Shown: positions 40,843 through 50,396, counted from the first letter of the whole stretch. The stretch is DNA of 62,196 nucleotides, filler included, from Deltaproteobacteria bacterium (GCA_016283195.1; 7 parts of 7 records of this genome joined end to end with filler, not necessarily neighbours in it); one strand, 5' to 3'. The notes: generated from the sequence alone by a model not told the origin. Made by a program: numbers and translations.

Positions 40843-40941
40843 AGGTGCCCTAACCCATTTTCCCTCTGATCCGCGCGCACCTTTTCCAAATTAAGAATGG
40901 CATTTTCTACTAAGCAAAACCGGTAAAATTACCAGAAACGC

Positions 40942-41190
40942 TTAATAGAAGAGCTTTTTTATTGAGCGGTTTTGGTGGCTAAACTCGGCTGCTTCTTCTT
41001 TGCTATGGCCAAGAGCCATGAATTTTTTAGCTAGGTCCAGAGCTTTTTTTAAACTGCCTTCGGTCCAGTTTTTATGGGCAACGGCATCAAAGCTCGATTT
41101 TATATCCATTTCCGCCATTTCCTGCTGAAATTGTCTGATCCAGCGCACGCGATCGCCGCTTATATAAGAAAGTGCTGCTTCGGCTGCCAT
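40942..41190 (-). CDS. Stand-alone Rpn C-terminal (RpnS-like) module
   Basis: Strong RBS GAGGAGGG; shares LAKKFMALGHSKEEAA with 38737..39222. Confidence 0.6.
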   Translation of the reverse strand: MAAEAALSYISGDRVRWIRQFQQEMAEMDIKSSFDAVAHKNWTEGSLKKALDLAKKFMALGHSKEEAAEFSHQNRSIKKLFY

Positions 41191-41497
41191 AATGCCCTCC
41201 TCTTTTTGCCCTCACCCCCACAATTATTGAGAATTATTACAAATTCCCCTCTAAATTTGTGAAAAAGGAGAAGGGGGCCGCGTGCGGCAGGGTGAGGGAG
41301 TAAGTGATGGTAATTTGGTAATATTGCTAAGTTTCTTGCGTGAAGCCATTGAGTCCAAAAACACGGCAAATATTTTAGCACACCTAGGGCATGGCGGCCA
41401 AAAGGGAAGATAGTAGAAATTGGTAAAACTTAATGGGCTTTTTGGGTACCTGCCTGCCGTGCCCCTAAATTATATAGTTCAAATTTCGCTTCTGGCT

Positions 41498-41625
41498 TTT
41501 CTCCTGGGAGGAAAACCGCCGCTCACGGCTTCGCCTGCCGCTCTTGTTTTTCCTCCCAGGCACCTACCTTTTCTCCGGCTCCGACTCAAGGGAATGCGTT
41601 CCCTTAAGAATCCTCGCAGGGGACC
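41498..41625 (+). repeat. Divergent relative of the dispersed structured repeat
   Basis: Same order of stems: cctgggaggaaaac...gtttttcctcccagg, then aagggaa-tgcg-ttccctt. Confidence 0.5.
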
Positions 41626-41751
41626 CGTTTTCCATGCACTGGGTAAAAAGCCTGCTTTGCCGTTAGACCGGCAAGTATGGCATGGGGAGCGGCGCAACTT
41701 GGGGCAAATTGGCGCCCGCCGCAGGCGGATGGTTGCAGATTTTCGGCAAAC

Positions 41752-42243
41752 TCAATTTGCCGGTAGCTTTTTTATTTCCTTAATATTTTCCAAAAACAAA
41801 TCAAAATCGCTCTTTAAATTAGCCAGCTCGTTAGCGCGAAAAATCTCATATTCTTTTTCGGCTTTTTGCATGGTAAAGCCCTTTTGGATATATTCGTGCA
41901 AGCGGAGAGTGGCCCAGCGCCGGAAGCGCACAGCAACCTCGGACTGAACACGGTAGCCAATGGCAATGATTACATCAAGGTTGTAATGATCTAATTCGCG
42001 CCTGACCTGACGTTTTCCCTCTTGCTGAACTATAAAGAATTTCTTTACAGTTGCCTCACGTGGGAGCTCATTATCGTTGTAAATATTTTCAATATGCTGC
42101 CCTATATTCTGGCGGGTAGTATTATAAATTTCAGCCAGCTGAACAGCTGTCACCCATACATTTTCATCGGCAAAACGCACGAAAACATTAGTCTTTCCAT
42201 TTTCATCGCTATAAAGCAGTATCTGATTTTTATCGTCTTTCAT
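41752..42243 (-). pseudogene. RhuM-family (virulence RhuM) protein with a large in-frame internal deletion
   Basis: ENVWVT..QLAEIY, YNLDVIIAIGYRVQS..AVRFRRWAT..L.EYIQKGF jumps directly to the C-terminal KAEKEYEIFR...SDFD. Confidence 0.8.
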
Positions 42244-42435
42244 CTGCCCTTCCTTTACGACCAGTGCCGCAGGCGCAACTCTAGCACGCCTGACCATTTT
42301 TGACGATAAAAACCTGGGCAGGAGCCCCGGCTAAGCCAGAGCTCAGTGAGCAAGTAATCGTCATTTTCTCCTTGCCTGCCATTTTGGGCCATGTTATCAT
42401 TAGCGCTGTTTTTATTGGCCTTTTAGGGGTATATA

Positions 42436-42505
42436 TGTTCTGTTCTGTTCTGTTCTGTTCTGTTCTGTTCTGTTCTGTTCTGTTCTGTTCTGTTCTGTTC
42501 TGTTC
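42436..42505. repeat. (TGTTC)14 pentanucleotide microsatellite
   Basis: 14 perfect copies, intergenic. Confidence 0.98.
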
Positions 42506-42629
42506 AGTCGCTTTATTTAAGTGTAGCACATATCTAAAATTTTATCAAGACAAAATTTGCAGTTTTCTCAATAATTTTGCATATTTTTTGCATCATTACG
42601 GTATTTTTTGCTCACCTAGGAGGTTTATC

Positions 42630-42779
42630 ATGGGCAATTTTGTAAAAATCTATCTCTTTATTTCTGCTCTTTCTCTCTGTGCTTGCGGCGGCCATCAATT
42701 GCGCGTTAAAGCCGCGGCCGAAGCTAGCAGCTATGCCACCGCTGCCCTGCCGCTCATTTACCATTTAAGTCAGCAATAA
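42630..42779 (+). pseudogene. Truncated lipoprotein gene start
   Basis: AGGAGG RBS, MGNFVKIYLFISALSLCACGG signal peptide, then runs into the 3' end of the convergent fragment. Confidence 0.55.
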
Positions 42780-43240
42780 TTTCCCAATAGCCACCTTTTT
42801 TGGGGCCAATATGTTGAATAATGTTTTTATCCTTGAGCCGCTTTATTTGCCACTCTACCCCTTTTTCGCTGATGGAGAGTTTTCTTGCGAGTTCTGCAGT
42901 GGAATTCCGGGGATTTTGCCTTAGTAAATCGAGAATTTTTTGCTTCGTCTTCTCGTTTTCTACCCTAGTTTCCTCGTTTTCTACCCTAGTTTCCTCGTTT
43001 TCTACCCTAGTTTCTTCGTTTTCTACCCTAGTTTCCTCGTTTTCTACCCTAGTTTCTTCGTTTTCTACCCTAGTTTCTTCGTTTTCTACCCTAGTTTCTT
43101 CTTGGCGAGCCGAAATATTGGCTAGGGTATTTAGTAAAACTGTTGTTTTAAAAACATCACCTTCTTCTAAAAGTGGTTCTGTAGCGGAATAGATTTTCGT
43201 GAATTTATAAAGATTTCTCACTCCGGAGCCAAGGGTATCA
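42754..43240 (-). pseudogene. C-terminal fragment of an AlbA/RecG-C-like wHTH regulator
   Basis: DTLGSGVRNLYKF...EEGDVFKTTV, repeat linker, KILDLLRQNP...ELARKLSISEKGVEWQIKRLK...GPKKGGYWEI; N-terminus missing. Confidence 0.8.
42955..43101 (-). repeat. 21-bp in-frame tandem repeat (EETRVEN x7)
   Basis: gttttctaccctagtttc(c/t)tc units. Confidence 0.96.
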
Positions 43241-43284
43241 TAGTCCGGAGTTCCATTATACCTGGGTGGGGGTGGAGTGAAATA

Positions 43285-45405
43285 TTAGATTTCAAATAAC
43301 CCCAGCGATTTCAAATACTCATATGTTCCGTTATAAAATTCGGGAAGTCTTGTCGGATCCTCTGGGAAACCTTCTGGTGTCTTATTAAAATTACCTTCAG
43401 GAACGCAAATGATTAAGCCTTGGCGCGCACGCGTAAGCAAGACGCGATAGGCATTGAGCATATACTTTTGGGCCTCTTCGTTCCTTTCAGGATTCCATTT
43501 ATCCTTGCCATTAAATTTGTAGTACGCCCATTTCCCGTTTTCGCACCTCATATCTGCATCCCACAGGACGCAGGCAAAATCGAGTTCCAGGCCCTGTACC
43601 TGAATTTCTGTCGCTGCATCTTCAAGATAATTTGATGATCGAATGTCTGTTTTGTCTTCGAGAAACCAATGAATTGCATTTTCGTCACCTTGGGCAAGAA
43701 CATTCACGGCCAACGGCTTAAATCGTGCCGCAACTTTTGTTACAAGAATGCCAGTATGCTCGTTTCCCCTAGCTTTTTTTCTGAGCCATTGCCGAGCTAC
43801 ATCCATGTCGCGCGTAAGAATGATTGGGTAATTTCTTTTCCTTATTTCATGACACAAATTTGCAGCATCCGCATTGAACGCTAAAATCGAATGGACGAAA
43901 TTGGAAAGTGTCTCCGCGCGAAAAGAGCGCAGGCTGACTGCCAAATGCAACTTATCAGAAAAATTGACATTTTGGTTAAATTTTAAATATTCAGTAACCT
44001 TTCCTTCCGCATATTCCGGCTCGGTAAGCTTGTCAGAAATATACACATGCCAATGCTTGAACTTGTCATTCAAGGCGTTAATCCATTCAGAAATTCCCGC
44101 TTCTCCGGTATTGATTTCTTGGCCACCTCCAACCAGGCAGACTATTACAGCCCAGTCTTCTCTCTGGTCCAGTGACCAAATCAAAAATTCGGCCTCTGAC
44201 ATCGGAAAGTTGGGCACTTTAAGCTTGTTGCCGTAAGTACCACCGCGCTTGAGATAGTCGGCAATACGTTTCTTTGTCCAACTACGTTGCGCTTCGTCAA
44301 AAATAGCAATGTGTTCGACTTCGCCGTAACCAGTTCCATCTTGTTTAATAGCTTTAGTCGGATCAATTTCAAGAACTCCGTTTTCTACAGGATTCTTAAT
44401 CTTGGCAAGCATATTGTCACGATAGTTGTGGATGACTTGAATAAATTCACTCACTTCACGCTGAGAATCGGTCAGCTTTTTCTTTTCTCCTTTTTCCTTG
44501 CATTTACGCCAGTTGTCTCGCGCCAAGGCTTCCTTTAAAACAGCAACCAACGGGCCATTGCCCGAAAGATAGACTGCGCCGTTTTCCTTGTCCCTTACAC
44601 CATCTTTGTAGGTTTGCTTTACAGCAATATCAAGACCAACAAGTGTTTTCCCGGCACCTGGCACACCAGTTACAAAGCAAATACTCTTGGTCTTTTCTCT
44701 TTTGCTCGTTTCTATAACATTAAGGATATAATCAATCGTTTGGTCGGTTGAAACCTTGTCCGCTTCGTGGCGGGTAATATCTTCAACAGAATGATTTTCG
44801 TATAATGTCCGCGCGGCTTCGATAATCGTCGGAGTTGGAGAATAGGGGCTTATGAGCCAATCTTTAATAATTCCTGCGTTGGTTGGAGCTCCCGCATGTT
44901 CCAAAACTTTTTCCAGGAGCTTTTGAAAGCCCCTATTTTCCGTGACAAGCGGATTGTAAATACCATCATCATAAGCGGAAGGCTTCAATTCCATCGAAGA
45001 TAAATTATGCTCGGTCGGGATAAGTATGGGAACAATCTTTTTGTCGTGGCTGAACAAATGAAAATTTTTGAGGTCTAGAGCATAGTCCATCACTTGTTCA
45101 ACATCAGCTTGCAAGGCATCTTTCTGCCCAACTTTAAATTCGAGACAAAATATTATACCGCGAAGAAGTAAGACTACATCTATTCTTTTGCCAAGGCGTG
45201 GAATATTGTATTCGAAAATGATTTGTGCGTTTTCATTTTTCCAGGGTTTCAGCACGTTCTGAAGAAATGATATTTCGCCATTCCAAGCGTCTTTTGTTGT
45301 GGTCAAAATTTCGCCATGATAATTATCGCACAGTTGACTTAAAATAGTCTTATGCTCTGTTTTCAAAAAATTATTAAATGAGTCCGAGTATAAACACCTT
45401 ATCAT
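43285..45405 (-). CDS. DUF2075 (Schlafen group-3-like) nuclease-helicase
   Basis: FEYNIPRLGKRIDVVL..LEFKVG (nuclease-like); GVPGAGKT, IFDEAQR, QGLELD, NAYRVLLTRARQG; start placed at MIRCLYS. Confidence 0.88.
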   Translation of the reverse strand: MIRCLYSDSFNNFLKTEHKTILSQLCDNYHGEILTTTKDAWNGEISFLQNVLKPWKNENAQIIFEYNIPRLGKRIDVVLLLRGIIFCLEFKVGQKDALQADVEQVMDYALDLKNFHLFSHDKKIVPILIPTEHNLSSMELKPSAYDDGIYNPLVTENRGFQKLLEKVLEHAGAPTNAGIIKDWLISPYSPTPTIIEAARTLYENHSVEDITRHEADKVSTDQTIDYILNVIETSKREKTKSICFVTGVPGAGKTLVGLDIAVKQTYKDGVRDKENGAVYLSGNGPLVAVLKEALARDNWRKCKEKGEKKKLTDSQREVSEFIQVIHNYRDNMLAKIKNPVENGVLEIDPTKAIKQDGTGYGEVEHIAIFDEAQRSWTKKRIADYLKRGGTYGNKLKVPNFPMSEAEFLIWSLDQREDWAVIVCLVGGGQEINTGEAGISEWINALNDKFKHWHVYISDKLTEPEYAEGKVTEYLKFNQNVNFSDKLHLAVSLRSFRAETLSNFVHSILAFNADAANLCHEIRKRNYPIILTRDMDVARQWLRKKARGNEHTGILVTKVAARFKPLAVNVLAQGDENAIHWFLEDKTDIRSSNYLEDAATEIQVQGLELDFACVLWDADMRCENGKWAYYKFNGKDKWNPERNEEAQKYMLNAYRVLLTRARQGLIICVPEGNFNKTPEGFPEDPTRLPEFYNGTYEYLKSLGLFEI

Positions 45406-45763
45406 ATGGCTGTACCTAATTATGGTATTCCCTAATATCCAAGCTGGGTTGCAAATTTCCTCTACCCTAGTAGCCTGCACTCTCAGCTATGTCTAGGGTC
45501 ACTACTTGAAAACAGCATAACCGCCTCCGCTAACTTTTTACCTGCTACAAAGGTTGGAAACAAGCACAATCTTATACTGCATAAGCGGCAAAGTAAGATT
45601 GATTACTGAGCCCTCCTTTGCGTGATGATAATAGGGCAGACTATCAAAATACGATAGCGGGAAGAAAAAAGTTAAAAAAATCATCCATACTTACCCACCG
45701 AGCCCCGGGAGCGCAGGGGCAGAGCCCTTACGAATCCACAACCCGCCCACTATTCTGCCTACC

Positions 45764-46040
45764 GAGCCCCGGCTAAGCCAGAGGCAGCCTTTCCATACCC
45801 GGTCTCAAGTATGGCCTCTGGCTTTTAAGGCAAACCAGAAGAGTATGATTTTGTAACATGCCATAAATAAAGCCATTTTTATAGAATACTCGGGTTCCAA
45901 GGGTGTCCCTTGGTCGTGCAAAGGAAGAGGGGATCGGGGAGGAAACATAGCGCTTCGAAAGTAGCGTGGTTCCTCCCCGAAAAAGAAAAAGAAGAAGAAA
46001 AACAAGTTAAAAAGTCGAGCAAAAACGGGCATTGCAGTTA
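45764..46040 (-). repeat. Dispersed structured repeat, copy B
   Basis: Reverse complement aligns along copy A, including the A-type flank (gagcaaaaacgggcattgcagt). Confidence 0.9.
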
Positions 46041-46256
46041 AGAAAAGAGAAGAAGAGAACACAAAACACAATCACCTCCTTCCCCGCCCTATCAGGCCGC
46101 TAATTCACTCAATCCGCCCACTCCAAATGCTCCCCACCACCTTTTAGGATCCTTCGCTATTTGTTAAAATGGCGAGGGAAATTTTCAATAATTACCACAG
46201 ATTGAGATGGTGAGGGAATGAAGCCAGAGGCCACCTACGCCGCGCCGCAAATTGTT

Positions 46257-46283
46257 TTTGAGGTCACAAATTGTGACCTCAAA
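46257..46283. repeat. Perfect 13-1-13 palindrome TTTGAGGTCACAA-A-TTGTGACCTCAAA
   Basis: Read directly from the sequence. Confidence 0.9.
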
Positions 46284-46589
46284 TGTTTGAATTCCATTTT
46301 TGCCCTCTATCACCACCTCATGCCTAGCAAATCTATCTGTCAAAAATACTTATAAATACATAGACATATAAGATGGAGCACAATATAGCTTCAACAAAAC
46401 GCAGAGTTAGATATAGGCAAAAAGCGAACAAAACGCAAGGTTAGGAAGGGGCGAAAAACGCACAAAACGCAGAGTATGGCCCTGCCCTACCCCCACCAGA
46501 TGCCATGAGAGCTAATATTAAAGGCCGTGCAGGTATTTTACCAGCGAATGGCAGACAAGCCGGTGTCAAGGAAGAAGAAGGCAATTCCC

Positions 46590-47013
46590 TTATAGCTCCC
46601 CCATAAAAATCACATTCACTTCGCTTATCTGCTTTAACTGCACATCATTAGTAAAAAATTCCGTGCAAGCACATTTTATACTGGCAGCCAGTTGCAAAGC
46701 ATCACCAAGTTTTAGGGCTTTATATTTGGCTCGTAAACGCGCCGCCTGATCTGCAACTGCGCTATCAATCTGCTTACTCGTAAAATGAAGCCGCCGCATA
46801 AGATTCCAATAAGTTTCTATTACCGTATTGTTTGCTTCTCTATATGGTTTTACCAGAAATTCGGCATCAGTAATGGCCGAAGTATAAAACTCCGCCTGCT
46901 CATCCAGGCCTTTTACAATATAATCAAGTACTTTTTGGGCAAATGGTTCACGATTTTCCAATAGATATATAAAATATAAAACTGTTGGTATCAAAGAAAA
47001 GGCGCTTATTCAT
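46590..47013 (-). pseudogene. vapC: PIN-domain VapC toxin frameshifted by a 7-bp duplication
   Basis: ATG at 47013 gives MNKRLFFDTNSFI; removing one TTTTATA copy (46968-46981) restores DTNSFIYLLE...EFLVKP...LGDALQLAAS...FFTND. Confidence 0.88.
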
Positions 47014-47245
47014 TATATTCACTGCGTAGTTTTCGCTGATACTCCAGAATATTCTCATCTTGCCAGCAAGTGCTGACTCCCATAAACGATTTTACCAGCG
47101 CCAGATTTTCTTCGTGCGAACGTTTTTGATTTTGCTGTTTCTCAATTGCAAGAGAAGTATTCAGAGCACTTAATAGTGCGCGCTGGGCTTCATAAGGCAG
47201 AGAAATTACTGCTTTTGTCAAATCTGCCAAAGCTACTTCAGCCAT
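47006..47245 (-). CDS. Putative antitoxin of the PIN toxin
   Basis: RBS GGAGGTG; 79 aa; overlaps the vapC start; ends W..ENILEYQRKLRSEY. Confidence 0.75.
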   Translation of the reverse strand: MAEVALADLTKAVISLPYEAQRALLSALNTSLAIEKQQNQKRSHEENLALVKSFMGVSTCWQDENILEYQRKLRSEYNE

Positions 47246-47321
47246 CAAATCACCTCCAACTTTGGCATTATACAGTACTTTCCGGCAAAAATCACTCCCA
47301 AACACTAGTACGGCCGCTCCC

Positions 47322-47502
47322 CTACCCGGCCATGCCTAGGGCGGTGAGGAGCTGGTGAATCTCCTCCAAAGAGAGGTCTAAAGCGGCGCCCACTTGCAGC
47401 AAATAGCCGAAATCCACAAGGACGTCGGCACTTATGGCCGCCGCCGGAATCACCACCAAAGGCGCAAGAGCCACGGCCAGTTCGGCTAAAGAGGCGAGTG
47501 GC
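47322..47502 (-). CDS. 3' end of an unidentified gene
   Basis: Open frame from contig end ...ADVLVDFGYLLQVGAALDLSLEEIHQLLTALGMAG*. Confidence 0.4.
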
Positions 47503-47602
47503 NNNNNNNNNNNNNNNNNNNNNNNNNNNNNNNNNNNNNNNNNNNNTTAATTAATTAANNNNNNNNNNNNNNNNNNNNNNNNNNNNNNNNNNNNNNNNNN
47601 NN
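47503..47602. other. Artificial contig spacer
   Basis: Same linker. Confidence 0.98.
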
Positions 47603-47787
47603 TCCTTGTAATGCGGTAATTCCTTTTACCGCTGTTTAACATCGGTAATATCACAGGTAAATCCACGAGACTTACACAGTGAGGTCACTACATATTGTCT
47701 CCATTTTTACAAATAGAGAGGGCTCATCTATTTGAATTTACATTCTTTCTATAAATAACTACCGAGTCCGAGCCCGGGCCGGGGCGG

Positions 47788-48155
47788 CAGCCCCGGCTAA
47801 GCCTGAGGCGACTACTCAGATCCGGTCTCAAGTGTGGCCTCTGGCTTTTAAGACAAAGCAGAAGAGATATATTTCGTAACATGCCATAAATAAAGTTTTT
47901 TTTATTGAATAGCCGGGGTCCAGTGGTGCCCCCTGGTCGTGCAAAGGAGGAGGGGTTCGGGGAGGAACAATAGCGCTTCGAAAGTAGCGTGGGTCCTCCC
48001 CGAAAAAGAAAAAAAGCCATAAATTCTAATATGAGCCAGACACAAAAAATCAGCGCGAGGCACCCAAAGCCCTGATTTTAAAATTAATTTTTCTAATAAA
48101 AATAATGAGTTAATTTTTCGTTTGGGAGAAAACGGCGAAAACAGGAAAAAAACTA
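47788..48155 (-). repeat. Dispersed structured repeat, copy C (long form)
   Basis: Core as in A/B plus a ~150-bp flank shared with copy D (ttctaatatgagccagacac...ccctgattttaaaatt...aataatgagttaatttt). Confidence 0.9.
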
Positions 48156-49382
48156 TCAGGCATTAAAAATGAGGTGGGCAAAAACTTTGGCATCACCCAA
48201 AATGTTGGAAAGAATGGCATATTCATTGGGGCCGTGCATAGTTTCGTCCTGTTTGCACCACACGACGGCATTAAAGCCCTCTTTGCGGATATGGGCCGCG
48301 ACAGTGCCGCCGCCGATGCCCTGGGCAATGGGTTTTACTCCATAAACATCGCTAATAGCTTTGCAAATGCCCTTAACCACCGGGGCATCGGCCGGAGTGG
48401 GCGGGGCGGCATCGGAGCGCTGCACCACCTCTATCTCGCAGGAAACGCCGCTCTCTTTGGCTACTTTTTGAGCAATTTCATTAGCCCTAGCAATTACATC
48501 ATCGAGTTTGTATTCCGGCATGACGCGGCAATCCACATAAAAGACATCTTCGCCGGGAATAGTGTTGACATTGGGCACATTGGCCTCTTTTTTCGTGGGC
48601 TCAAAGGTGGAGTGCGGCGGATCAAAGAGGCTGTTTTGGGCCGGAAAGATTTTGTAAAGTTCATCAAGAGCCACGGCAATGCGCGCGCCGCCCTTAAAGG
48701 CATTAGCGCCTTTATGGGGCATGGAAGCGTGGCACTGCACCCCGCGGGTGATGACTTTAAGCCACAAAATGCTCATTTCGGCCACTTCCACCTGGGTGCC
48801 GTCGGCAGTGCCGCCATCGGGCACCACAATGTAATCATCTTTGCCAAAAGGTGGGTTCTTCATAATTTCGCCGATACCGAGCTCGTTACCCGTCTCCTCG
48901 TCGGCTACCATTAGGAGCTTGATATCAACAGGCGGAACTATCCCTTCATCAATAAAAGCGCGGGCCGCCAGTACGGAAGCTGAGAGCCCCTGCTGATCGT
49001 CTTCCACTCCGCGGCCATAGATTTTATCGCCATCGACGCACACTTTCCAAGGGTCGCTATCCCATTTAGCGAGGTCACCTGGCGGCACCACATCCATGTG
49101 CGCCATGAGCCACACCGCTTTACTATGGTCTTTGCCGGGGATGGTGGCGATAAGGTTGGGGCGATAACCGCAGGAGACTGTGGGATCTTTAGAATTTACT
49201 TCTTTAATATCGCCAATGCCGTGTTTTTTGAGATATTCTTTAATAAATTCAGCTTTTTTCTGCTCGCCGTCGCCGCCTGATTTGGGGCTCATAGCGATGA
49301 TAGCGGTAAGCGAAGTTTCCAAATCAATAAGCTCCTCGCGGTAGCTGTCGATGCGGGAAAATAGTTTTTTTAATTCGGTCAT
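48156..49382 (-). CDS. M20 family metallohydrolase (ArgE/DapE-like)
   Basis: AHMDVVPPG, GRGVEDDQQG, DEETG, HASMP, GIGGGT, HGPNE. Confidence 0.92.
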   Translation of the reverse strand: MTELKKLFSRIDSYREELIDLETSLTAIIAMSPKSGGDGEQKKAEFIKEYLKKHGIGDIKEVNSKDPTVSCGYRPNLIATIPGKDHSKAVWLMAHMDVVPPGDLAKWDSDPWKVCVDGDKIYGRGVEDDQQGLSASVLAARAFIDEGIVPPVDIKLLMVADEETGNELGIGEIMKNPPFGKDDYIVVPDGGTADGTQVEVAEMSILWLKVITRGVQCHASMPHKGANAFKGGARIAVALDELYKIFPAQNSLFDPPHSTFEPTKKEANVPNVNTIPGEDVFYVDCRVMPEYKLDDVIARANEIAQKVAKESGVSCEIEVVQRSDAAPPTPADAPVVKGICKAISDVYGVKPIAQGIGGGTVAAHIRKEGFNAVVWCKQDETMHGPNEYAILSNILGDAKVFAHLIFNA

Positions 49383-49452
49383 TTTTTACCTCCTTGTTAG
49401 ACACGGTTAACGGCCGGCTGTTTTATAGCAGATTGCAGGTTATTCTTCAATA

Positions 49453-50004
49453 TCAGGCTAAAAGCGCCGCAATATCTTTTTCTATTGCCGCAGCATTTAT
49501 AACAGGCTCATAGCGAGCTACCACTTCGCCCTCTTTGGATACTAAAAACTTGCTGAAATTCCAGCGGATATCATTTGTGCCACCGGTACCGCTAAGCTTT
49601 TCGAGCATGAGCATGGTGGCTTTGTCCTTTAGCCCTTTGGGGCTGACATAAGGCTTTTGCTCTTTCAAAAAAGTAAAAAGCGGCGCGGCCTCCGGGCCAT
49701 TGACAGCAATTTTTTTAAATCTTTCAAACTTGGTATTGTATTTTAAAGTACAAAAAGTGTGAATTTCTTCATCGCTGCCTGGCGCCTGCTCCTTAAATTG
49801 GTTGCAGGGAAAATCGAGTATTTCAAAACCGCGCTCATGGTATTTTTCATAAAGCTCTTCCAGATCCTTATATTGCGGCGTAAAACCGCAACCGGTGGCC
49901 GTATTAACAATGAGCAGCACTTTGCCTTTGAAAGTAGCGAGAGAAACCGGGTTACCCCGGCGATCCAGTACAGTAATATCATATAAAGATGGCATATTTT
50001 TCAT
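49453..50004 (-). CDS. Glutathione peroxidase
   Basis: GKVLLIVNTATGCGFTPQY, FPCNQF, WNFSKFLV. Confidence 0.94.
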   Translation of the reverse strand: MKNMPSLYDITVLDRRGNPVSLATFKGKVLLIVNTATGCGFTPQYKDLEELYEKYHERGFEILDFPCNQFKEQAPGSDEEIHTFCTLKYNTKFERFKKIAVNGPEAAPLFTFLKEQKPYVSPKGLKDKATMLMLEKLSGTGGTNDIRWNFSKFLVSKEGEVVARYEPVINAAAIEKDIAALLA

Positions 50005-50185
50005 CTCCGGGCCGGGGAATTCCGGCTTAGGCCACAGCATAGAAAATTATTTCGGTGCGGTAAATAACTTTAACTTTCGAAAAGCAAAAATTTTCATTAA
50101 TTAAACCTAAAGCGGCTCAAGATGTGCTATCATCGGCCGGCGCCTTGAAAAAATGTGCACTAAAACGGCGCCCCAAGGACTTAGA

Positions 50186-50285
50186 NNNNNNNNNNNNNNN
50201 NNNNNNNNNNNNNNNNNNNNNNNNNNNNNTTAATTAATTAANNNNNNNNNNNNNNNNNNNNNNNNNNNNNNNNNNNNNNNNNNNN
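50186..50285. other. Artificial contig spacer
   Basis: Same linker. Confidence 0.98.
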
Positions 50286-50313
50286 AAAGGTTCGACTCCT
50301 TTATCCCCAGCCA
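50286..50313 (+). tRNA. 3' fragment of a tRNA (probably tRNA-Gln), cut by the contig start
   Basis: aaagGTTCGActccttt-atccccaGCCA is a T-arm plus acceptor 3' strand; anticodon not visible. Confidence 0.65.
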
Positions 50314-50321
50314 ATATGCTT

Positions 50322-50396
50322 GGCCCCATCGTCTAATGGTTAGGACGTCGGCCTCTCACGCCGATAATAGGGGTTCGAATCCCCTTGGGGTCACCA
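50322..50396 (+). tRNA. tRNA-Glu (anticodon CTC)
   Basis: GGCCCCATCGTCTAATGGTTAGGACGTCGGCCTCTCACGCCGATAATAGGGGTTCGAATCCCCTTGGGGTCACCA cloverleaf. Confidence 0.95.

Noticed and set aside
42281-42529. ORFs with TEQNR / CSVLF repeats
   Set aside because: Translations of the (TGTTC)14 microsatellite.
43241-43262. tagtccggagttccattatacc as an IS end truncating the wHTH gene
   Set aside because: Its position at the truncation point is suggestive, but there is no second copy or partner end to support the call.
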